Program-made: the position numbers and the translations under genes | Notes under the pieces: generated by a model | Database searches by the model: none | Told to the model about the DNA's origin: nothing | The model's input: only the letters and a program-made list of their open reading frames with translations | Source of the DNA: Octopus sinensis | Lineage: Eukaryota | Reading direction: 5' to 3' | Length of the DNA: 9,056 bases | Assembly (NCBI RefSeq): GCF_006345805.1 | Contig: NW_021828129.1 | Span: forward strand, 1 to 9,056 | In this document: positions 1-7,674 of the stretch, piece after piece | How the letters are laid out: every line of letters begins with the position of its first letter | Position numbering within the stretch: the first letter of the stretch is position 1

Positions 1-355
1 ATACACATATATGCACACACACACACACATATGCACATATATATATATATTATATATATATATATATATATGTACATATCCACATGTACACATACATATA
101 TACACATAAATATAGACATATATATACATACATATATATATATACACACACAAATATATACAAACATATATATATATATATATAAGCATACATACACCTG
201 CACATATGTACATACTCATACATACATGCAAACATACAAATATTTACATATACATTTACACATGTATCTGCACCACATTTAAACAGTCAGGCCGCCATGT
301 TTATACTTATATATGCATACTTATACTTGCATATACTTATATGCACATACATATA
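1..355. repeat. Compound microsatellite (TA)n/(CA)n/(CATA)n, intronic
   Basis: Visible directly: near-pure TA runs at about 36-70, 118-144 and 166-183, interspersed with CA and CATA units. It explains the H/I/Y/T-rich spurious ORFs. Confidence 0.95.
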
Positions 356-454
356 CCTGTAAAACAAAGTAAAGTTGTAAGATACCACATGAGTGGAAAT
401 ATATATGAAAGAAGGTTTGAAAACGCAATTTTAAAGATGTTTATTCACTTACGT

Positions 455-775
455 GAGTGTGTGTGTGTGCATCTCTGTCTGAGTATGTGTTGTTTTAATT
501 GTCCTTGTGCTGTCTGTGTGTGAGCGGCCGTATGTGTTATTGGGGTTGCATATTTATGTGTGAGTGTGTTGTATTTATCAGAGGTTCTGTGTGTGTCCAT
601 GTGTGTTGGATTTATCCGAGTGGTGTGTATGTGTGTGCATGTGCATTTTGTGTATGTTGGTACTGAGTATGCATTTGTGTGTGTGTGTATATATGTAGTT
701 TCCAGGTGTGTGTGTGTGTGCTGTATTTGTGAGTGATTTGTTTTGTTTGTATTGTTTGTGCAGTGTGTGTGTATA
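455..775. repeat. Degenerate (TG)n-rich microsatellite, intronic
   Basis: Repeated gtgtgtgt runs with interruptions; the + strand is strongly T/G-biased. Confidence 0.9.
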
Positions 776-932
776 CAGACTATTTAAAATAAAAATACAC
801 CAACACGTGTGATGTCTGAGAAAAATTAATAATGTTAATACATTTAAAAAATTCTCAAGTTTAGTCTAAAAAATGATAATATTATTAGAAGTAACTCATC
901 TTAGACATTTCCCAAAATTTTCCATTTTACAG

Positions 933-1109
933 TTGATGACTCGACTTCAACTGTTTCTCGTACCAAAGAAGCACCAGGAAGATCTTCCATATCTACGTCA
1001 TGTTCAACTCTATCGTGTACATATTTTCACAGTAATTCAAGTTATATGTCTTGCAGTACTTGTGATTGTGAAGAGTATAAAGTCTATATCCATTGCTTTT
1101 CCTTTAATG
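933..1109 (+). CDS. SLC4-family bicarbonate transporter (NCBT/NDAE-like), third-last coding exon, C-terminal TM region: LMTRLQLFLVPKKHQEDLPYLRHVQLYRVHIFTVIQVICLAVLVIVKSIKSISIAFPLM
   Basis: Acceptor ttttacAG at 931-932 and donor ATG|GTGAGT at 1110; 177 nt = 59 codons, phase 0/0. The peptide matches the SLC4 signature P.KHQPD..YLRHV...RVH.FT.IQ..CL..L...KS......FP.M recalled from SLC4A4/7/8/10 and invertebrate NDAE1. The paralog cannot be assigned, so no symbol is given. Confidence 0.95.
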
Positions 1110-1849
1110 GTGAGTAACTGGCCTCATGGTAAATTGTGTTATGTTCCACTTATACCCTATCTGTATGTGTGTGCAATTGTATTTATATTTGCAATACTTT
1201 TTATATTTGTTGTACATGTTATTGCCATGTGTGTGGCTATGCAAAAATATGCAAATGGGCCAGCTGGTCAAAATAGGTCACAAGTTAATTTTTGTTTTCT
1301 TGCAGTGACTATTGTAGATGCCATATTATATTGTAGTGGTAGTGGCAAAGATTGGGCATGTAGCTTCTTCCATCAGCCAAAAGGCTGAGGGCTAAAAATG
1401 TGTTCATGTTTATAAAGATGTTTCAAACTAAGGTGTAACCTCTTGTTATTTATTTTATGTATTTGAAGTGAACAGAATGAGTTAAAATTAGTAATACACA
1501 AATTCTTCTGAAGCCAAATCTTCTGATTGGCCAAGGAAGGTTGGAAGATAGTAATAGAAGGAATACTATAATTTTCTTGTTCCTTACCTAAAGAAGTATA
1601 TAGATATTACAAACACTGCGCAGCATCCATCAAAGTAATTTAACAATCAATCTCAATCATTTTGGATTCACTGTACTTTGATCACTGAGTACAAAATGGG
1701 AGTCACATAACTTCCATTAAGGTTGATTTTCCAGAGTAATTATCACACCAATGTACACCAATCCATTGCAAGGATATCTATATAAAGTTGAGGGGATTGG
1801 AATGACACAAAACGAAATGTTTTACTCAAGAACAAAACATGCAGCCAAT

Positions 1850-2082
1850 TATCAACATCATCATCGTTTAACGTCCGTTTTCCATGCTGGCATGGGTTGG
1901 ACGGTTCGACTGGGTTCTGGAAAGCCAGGAGGCTGCACAAGACTCCAGTGTGATCTGGCAATGTTTCTACAGCTGGATGCCCTCCCTAATGACAACCACT
2001 CTGAGAGTGTAGTAGGTGCTTTTTACATGCCACCAACATAGGGGTCAGAGGGGGCTGGCATCAACCACAATCGGATGGTGCT
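1850..2082 (-). mobile_element. SINE 3' part with RTE-LINE-type (GAT)n tail, antisense to SLC4
   Basis: The - strand ends ...CCAACCCATGCCAGCATGGAAAACGGACGTTAAACGATGATGATGTTGAT and contains GGCATCCAGCTGTAGAAAC. The block is GC-richer than its flanks. Related decayed copies of both motifs occur at about 3307 and 4393 in this window. The family assignment is from recall of octopus repeats. Confidence 0.8.
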
Positions 2083-2243
2083 TCCCTCTCATCAAAGTTC
2101 TTGATAAGGATGTCCCTAAATCTCTGACCATGTGAAGGGTTCTTTAACTTCCGAATCCTTCTTTTCTGGATTGGTCTGCTTCTTGGAATCCGTCTGGCCT
2201 CAAGTCTAAAGTCACTAATGACTAGTCTATGCTGAGGGCTACA
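2083..2243 (-). mobile_element. LINE (RTE-like) fragment: end of AP-endonuclease domain plus linker, CSPQHRLVISDFRLEARRIPRSRPIQKRRIRKLKNPSHGQRFRDILIKNFDER
   Basis: 53 stop-free codons on the - strand (no ATG, so not in the ORF track). C..QHRLV..D corresponds to the terminal His motif of LINE APE endonucleases, followed by the basic RR...KLK linker typical of RTE ORFs. Confidence 0.75.
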
Positions 2244-2306
2244 ATCAAAATCATGATCTCACAATCGTGAATGCAATACCTTAACCATTAAGCCAAACTC
2301 CTTCAC
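2241..2306 (-). mobile_element. tRNA-derived SINE head (Pol III internal promoter remnant)
   Basis: The - strand reads GTGAAGGAGTT-TGGCTTAATGG-TTAAGGTATTGCATTCACGATTGTGAGATCATGATTTTGATT. TGGCTTAATGG (2295-2285) is a perfect A-box match (TRGCNNARYGG). A decayed B box (TGATTTTGATT vs GGTTCGATTCC) lies at tRNA-like spacing. Confidence 0.6.
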
Positions 2307-2955
2307 TAAAAAGGGAAAATACCAAGATTTAATTTGAGTGAATCAATTTAGAGTTTGTAGAAGAAACCTTGGCCAGATTTTTGTTACATATATGAACTGA
2401 ACCTACATTTATATCAGAAAAAAGGAGTTTAACTACTTTGCTAAAGAAAATAAAAACTCATACTACTTTCCATGGAATATTGACAAATCCTGTTTAACTG
2501 CCACAGAAACAAGAATAAACTTTCTGTCATCTGAGTAAGTTGTACAATAGTTCTTTCAACAAAAACCACAGACCTTAGAAGAAATAAATTACATCTAGTT
2601 GACATTCAATGCAGGAATTCCTACCAGATATCATATGCAGAGTATACAGAAAACCTTGTTAGGCAACAAATGCAGACTATTTAAAATAAAAATTGAATAT
2701 TAGCCACATCATTACCAATTGTTGGCTAATGGCCTCATGATAGTTTCTCCTCAATGGGCATCATGTACTCATCAAAAGAGCTGTACCACTATGATGCTTA
2801 TTTTGAGCAGATTACTTGGTTTCAAAAATTTATTGTTACAGCATACCATCAATGAAAAAGAGTTAAACTATTGATTATTCAATTAGTTCAGCACCTTTGG
2901 TTACTTAGTCTTCATTTTCTTTGGGTTTTAATCTGATTTGAATCCTACTTTATAG

Positions 2956-3069
2956 GTCTTGGCTACATGTGCTGTAAGGAAGATATTAGATTTTGTTTTT
3001 ACTCAAAGAGAACTGAAATGGTTGGATGACATCTTACCGGGAAAACATCAAGAGAAACCTAAAGAGAAA
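2956..3069 (+). CDS. SLC4-family transporter, penultimate coding exon (last TM helix and start of cytoplasmic tail): VLATCAVRKILDFVFTQRELKWLDDILPGKHQEKPKEK
   Basis: Acceptor ctactttatAG at 2954-2955 and donor AAA|GTAAGT at 3070; 114 nt = 38 codons, phase 0/0, in frame with 933-1109. VRK..D..FT.REL.WLDD..P is the SLC4 NCBT-type motif that follows FP.M. Not in the ORF track because it has no ATG. Confidence 0.95.
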
Positions 3070-3306
3070 GTAAGTAAAGAGTTGTCTTGCTGTTACGTTT
3101 CATTACTTTATTTAGATGAAGCATAGCCAAATAGTTAAGAACTGTAATTTGCTCGATTCTATTGCATGGCATCTTGAGTAAATATGTTTTAACATAGCCA
3201 CAGGTCAACTCAAGTTTTTGAATGAAAATAGATAGCCAGAAACTGTGTGAAAGTTCATCAGATGGTTTGTAAGAGTCATCTAATGGTTCAACTTTGTCAC
3301 ACTGAT

Positions 3307-3520
3307 TCATCATTATCACTGTCATTGTTTTTATGTGCATGTTTCCATGCTTGCACAAGTTATGTGGAATTCAGAGACATATTTTCTATGGCCTGATGTC
3401 ATCTTGTTACCACTCTCATCTACCAACAAACAAGGTAATATTTCACCATGGCCAGAGACATTTTCACAGAAGGATCATTTATAACTATCCTTTGATGTCA
3501 AGACAAGGACACACACACAT
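3307..3520 (-). mobile_element. Decayed SINE-like retroposon, antisense
   Basis: The + strand has tcatcattatc...gtttccatgcttgcacaagtt and ttttctatggcctgatgtcatc, which are degenerate versions of the tail and internal motif at 1850-1995. It ends in a short (CA)n. Confidence 0.55.
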
Positions 3521-4392
3521 TTTCATTTTCCATCATCAAGTCTGCCCACTTTGTTCAGCCTGGAGTTCTAGTAGAAGACAGTTGCCTGAGGGTCTATGCA
3601 GTAAGACTGAATCCAAACTATATGATTGGCAAGTGAAGTTCTTATGCATACAAATATACATTTTCAAAGATAAGCAGGCTTAGTGTTGGTGAACTTTGTT
3701 TTTCTGTTCTCTTTCAAGTTGGTACTTATAATATGTAGATATTTATTCATTTGTGTCACTGATACACTTAAGTTACAGACAATTAAAGTTGATGGGTTCT
3801 GAGATAGCTATGGAGTTATGGTAAATTGAGTGATATATGTATCAAGAAATTCTAAAATTATACCTGTACAAGATATGATAAAGGTAGAGAAATGCAGGAG
3901 AGATAACTCTTGGTTTAAATTCAGTGGACATTAAATCTGAATTTTCATAGTACTGCAACAACTGCAGACACGTTTTAGCCTTATTACACCTCTTCAGTGA
4001 AGCTAAGTTTAACTTTAACTACTAAATCTTAGAATAACTAGAAAAGTATATAGAACAGGGACAAATAACCAAGAATGCCTGCTGCAAGAAATATTAGTTT
4101 AGAGTTGTGAACATGATGTTCCTCTCCAGTGTCTATGAGCAAGACACTTAACTCACCATAGCCTAGTAGTTTCTGGATAGATACTATACCACAAGACAGA
4201 ATGACTGGCATACAACTATAAATAGTAGCAATCTTAAATCTTTTCCATTCTTCAAGTCTCCCAAATTTGTAGCAGATTTGGTTTCAATATCATTTTATTT
4301 AAAACCTACTATATAGGTATCTAATGATAGCTGCTGTTAGAAAAATATTAAAATTTGATCTTCAATAAAAAAGAAGTGAAATGGTTTGTTGA

Positions 4393-4625
4393 CATCATCT
4401 TCATCATTTTATGTTGCTTTTTCCATGCTATGAGTTAGATCGATCACACCACACACTGGAAGTATTTCATTGTGCCATCATGTATCAGTTTTGTCGAGTT
4501 ACTGCTCTTCTAGTCAACTTATCAACATTAGCTTGCAAAAGTCATATCTTCTACATACCTTTCTTCTTTGGGGTATGGCTCTTTTATAGCTGGACATCAT
4601 TCCTATCTTCAACCACTCACAGGAA
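4393..4625 (-). mobile_element. Decayed SINE-like retroposon, antisense
   Basis: catcatcttcatcattttatgttgctttttccatgct (4393 onward) and ttttatagctggacatcattcctatcttcaaccact (about 4582-4617) align by eye with catcatcgtttaacgtccgttttccatgct and tttctacagctggatgccctccctaatgacaaccact of the 1850 element. Confidence 0.6.
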
Positions 4626-5639
4626 ACATTTTGCAGTATAAAGTTCATGATTGCCAATATTAGCTCTTCTTTCACATTCTATGCCTAAGGGAAAATATCA
4701 TATTGAATTAGATCAGGAGTGTCCAATTTTTGTGGTTTTGAAAGCTAAACTAGATCTCACAGGCAGGATATGGGCAGTTATTTGAAAAACCCTAATTATA
4801 ATGTAGGCTAAAATACATGGATGAAGGGTCAATGTACAGCATAACACAACTTCATTATTAATAAAGGAAAGAAGTGTAGTATTAATGAATGTTGGTGAAT
4901 AATACTGTGAGTTGTGTGCAAAGATGTCTGCAGTCCTATGAAGTTAGAATATGTAAATTTGGTGGGGGGGGGGATGAGGTGGATGTGTCACATCTTTCAG
5001 CTTATAGATTAATAAGCCTCTTTTCTATTTGTTAACAAAAGATTACTTTAGGTGTACTAATTTGACTAATCAGAAGCATTGATAATTATGAGTGGTGCAT
5101 ATATCAATGCAAACAAATTATATATATTTTATATAATATCTTAAGATTAAGAAACATATGTAAAAAAGTTTCATTGTACAAATTAGAATTGGGAGCCTAC
5201 CTAAACATTGCAACAGGCTGTTTGCCACTCCTGAATCAGAGTCCACCATTTCCATGTAGAGTAACTAAGACAAGCCAGCTTGTAGAAACATTTCCTCTTC
5301 ATACTATATCCATGTGATAATGACCTCAGTGCTGCATGCTAACAAAACATTTGTAAATACAAGTCAACAAGGGAGCCTAATAGAAATAACAGCTAAGTTT
5401 TCTAAAGCACACCCATGTGAAGTAAAGGGTATATTTGATATTGTAGTCTGTGGCTTACAAAAAGACAGGATGTATGGAAAAAACATAGATCTGCCTGTTC
5501 AAAATGATCTGGAGCTAAATAACAGCATTTTTGAATTTTACAACTTCAGCCCTGCTACTGCTTGCAGAAAGAAACTGTTTTCTATTTAGTAGTACTAATT
5601 AGCAGTTAAGTATAGGAACCAACCAGGGAGTTTTGTGGT

Positions 5640-5832
5640 GGCCCTACGTGCTAGAAATAGAAACTAAATATCTTTCTAAAATTACACTCTACTGTTTTAA
5701 GGGGAAATGGATGATCACATTACATAAGGTAATCCTAGATAAAAAGACAGTATGGTTGAAACAGGAATTATCATTTCTTTTTGGTCAGAGTTTAACATCA
5801 AGTCTGACTTGATGTTAAACATAAGCAGCAAT
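5640..5832 (+). mobile_element. Possible decayed dispersed repeat (retroposon 3' part) ending at the palindrome
   Basis: From recall only: gctagaaatag...ctactgttttaa...cctagata...aaagacag resembles a common octopus interspersed repeat ending ...CTAAACAACAAC. There is no second copy in the window to confirm this. Confidence 0.3.
5790..5820. repeat. Perfect inverted repeat, 15-bp arms with 1-nt spacer
   Basis: GTTTAACATCAAGTC (5790-5804) T GACTTGATGTTAAAC (5806-5820); the arms are exact reverse complements. Confidence 0.97.
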
Positions 5833-5991
5833 TTACAGGGGAATTAAATTGATTTGCTGTGGAAAAGAGGTGTTTTTATTCAATGAGACATCATCTTCCA
5901 CTCAGTAAACCAATTTTATTCCAGTTTTGAACTGTTTATTAATTTCCATCCAAACCATTGCTAGCTTTCTCAGGTCCTACAGTTATCTTTT

Positions 5992-6160
5992 ATAATCCCT
6001 TCTACCATAGGAACAAGGCCTGGAATTTGTGGAGAGGGGGATAGTTGATCACATCGACCTCAATACTTGACTGGTAATTAATTTATTGACCTGAAAAGGA
6101 TGAATAGTAAAGACAAGCATTTTGCCTGACATTCTAATAATTCTGCCAGCTTGCCACCAT
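5992..6160 (-). mobile_element. tRNA-derived SINE, internally deleted copy (B box missing)
   Basis: Colinear with 6159-6378 over its whole length except for about 50 nt. It keeps an A-box-like TGGCAGAATTA (6148-6138) but lacks the GAGTTCAAATTCC segment. Confidence 0.85.
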
Positions 6161-6378
6161 AATCTTTTCTACAATAGGTATAAAGCCTGAAATTTTGGGG
6201 GAGGGTGTTAGTCAATGACATTGACCCTAGTACTTGACTGGCACTTAATTTAATTGACCCTAAAAGGATGAACGACAAAGTTGACCTCAGTGGAATTTGA
6301 ACTCAAAACGTAGCAGCAGATGAAATACCTCTAAGCATTTTGCCTGGTATGCTAATGATTCTGGCAGCTCCTCACCTT
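6159..6378 (-). mobile_element. tRNA-derived SINE, near full length (about 220 nt)
   Basis: - strand: A-box-like TGCCAGAATCA near 6365-6355, B box GAGTTCAAATTCC at 6304-6292, central TCATCCTTTTAGGGTCAATTAAATTAAGTGCCAG and a 3' end ...GTAGAAAAGATTAT. It matches an abundant octopus SINE from recall, and has a paralogous copy directly adjacent. Confidence 0.88.
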
Positions 6379-6946
6379 CTCTTTAATAATGATTGTTAGT
6401 TTGGTTCACAGTGCTAATAATGTGATATGAGATACTAATGTTTATGCTTTTCCCACTTCCTGGTAATTTAGTCTCAAAAAAAGGGACTATACTTATGGCC
6501 TTGATAGGGATTTCTAAAGCAGTGAGGATAATGTAATTAACACACCTCTTGAACAGTTTCAAGTTGACAATTGGCTCTGCTGTCATCAACAAGGAGTGTT
6601 GTTTTTTTTTTTTAAAAAAAAGGTGGGACTAAATTGATGCTCAGTATACTATTAACAAATACCAGCTCCCCCTTACCCCAATCCACCTAAACAAAATATA
6701 TCAGTAAAATGTTTTGCTCCTTTATCCCATATAATTCTTTCTTTCTTTGCCATGTGCTGGACAAGTTTAAAAAGTTCAAAATCATCTTATTTTTTTATTA
6801 AATGAGGCAATATATTCATTCCCACTTTTCAATACTAATAGCCTTATCTTGAAGTGGGTGGGAGCTACTTTGCCATTTTAGAACCATCTTTTTAAAGAAA
6901 GAGTGTATAATCTTTCCATTTATTCATTTTGTCATTTTATTTATAG

Positions 6947-7051
6947 GAAGAATCTCAACCAAAAGATATGCCGACAGAGCTTGAAGAAGATGAACATTCT
7001 ACTAATAAAAAGGCTATCTTCTATATATCCAGTGACAATACTAAGTTATGA
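6947..7051 (+). CDS. SLC4-family transporter, terminal coding exon: EESQPKDMPTELEEDEHSTNKKAIFYISSDNTKL*
   Basis: A long T-rich tract precedes acceptor ttatttatAG at 6945-6946. Phase 0 reading gives 34 open codons and TGA at 7049-7051. The acidic tail ending in T-K-L fits SLC4 C-termini with PDZ ligands. There is no strong sequence motif, so confidence is lower than for the other two exons. The ORF track (6903..7100) reads this exon in the wrong frame. Confidence 0.75.
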   Translation, partial: EESQPKDMPTELEEDEHSTNKKAIFYISSDNTKL

Positions 7052-7480
7052 GTTGATCTACAAAACTTCTTGTAATATATTTAGACTGCTTACATCTTGA
7101 AAATTTCGGATTCAAGAAATTACTACCACTGCTATCACCACCAAGACTGATGTTTAGTGGAAAGGGTTTCTTAACTCTGTAATAGTACAGTTTATATAGA
7201 TTTTAAAAATATTTCAATATTCCTGATCTTCCTTTTAATAAGTATGTTTAAACTATTACACTTACTGATTTTAAACTGTTTAATGGTATAACTGTTTGAA
7301 AAAGATTTTGTAATTGCTTTGTCAGAACAGGAAAGGTAGCACCTGTTACCTTTTATAAGACCTTTGAGACTGGTTAAAAGGGGAAGAAGGCATTATCATG
7401 AAGCTAGAGGCCTGATGGCCTGACCAGGGTACTTGTTACAAAGTGTACTCCAATGGCTACATTGTGCTGTTAAACTGGAC

Positions 7481-7486
7481 AATAAA
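7481..7486 (+). terminator. Candidate polyadenylation signal of the SLC4 gene
   Basis: The only canonical AATAAA I found on the + strand downstream of the stop codon, followed by TG/T-rich sequence (ctgttttac...tgtaaatgtttt). It would give a 3' UTR of about 450 nt. Confidence 0.45.
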
Positions 7487-7551
7487 TTGCAGGATGCAAC
7501 TGTTTTACAAATGTAAATGTTTTAAAATGCTTAAGCGAGCAATGTAAATAA

Positions 7552-7626
7552 TTTAAACTATTTAATTAGATATGTAATTATTTCAAACTCTTTAATTAGT
7601 CTTGTTTTAAACTATTTAATTAGATA
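7552..7626 (+). repeat. Short direct repeat, 3 units
   Basis: TTTAAACTATTTAATTAGATA occurs exactly at 7552-7572 and 7606-7626, with a variant TTCAAACTCTTTAATTAGT at 7582-7600. Confidence 0.85.
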
Positions 7627-7674
7627 AGGGATCATTTTATTCTATACATCTTAAAAAAATATGTGCATAAACCA

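Noticed and set aside
31-523. ORFs 31..282, 50..235 (-) and 206..523
   Set aside because: These are translations of microsatellites (H/I/Y/T or C/V/Y/M repeats) with no coding signal.
873-1388. 171-aa ORF read as a standalone membrane protein
   Set aside because: Only 933-1109 is SLC4-like and is bounded by AG/GT sites. The rest is intron read-through whose hydrophobicity reflects T-rich sequence. Retention of this intron cannot be strictly excluded without RNA data.
1743-2041. ORFs 1743..1961 (-) and 1751..2041 (+)
   Set aside because: Both overlap the SINE body and tail; they are incidental frames in a GC-richer repeat.
3059-3683. ORFs 3059..3358 (-) and 3333..3683 (+)
   Set aside because: They are intronic, partly within a decayed retroposon, and have no recognisable domain.
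4961-4983. G10 run as a G-quadruplex
   Set aside because: It is a single homopolymer with only GG flanks; at best a weak two-tier G4 and not distinctive.
5270-5360. Possible sense-strand SINE remnant (ccagcttgtagaaacatt)
   Set aside because: Only about 18 nt resemble the 1850 element, which is too short to support.
5314-5589. 91-aa intronic ORF as a nested gene or exon
   Set aside because: It has no recognisable motif and no convincing flanking splice pair in phase with SLC4; the length is within chance expectation.
6602-6621. T12-A8 self-complementary run
   Set aside because: Adjacent homopolymers are common in AT-rich introns and there is no other supporting structure.
5992-7626. CRISPR-like or other prokaryotic repeat arrays (SINE dimer; 21-nt repeats at 7552-7626)
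   Set aside because: The context is a spliced eukaryotic gene. The repeats are few and irregularly spaced, with no unique spacers or cas genes.
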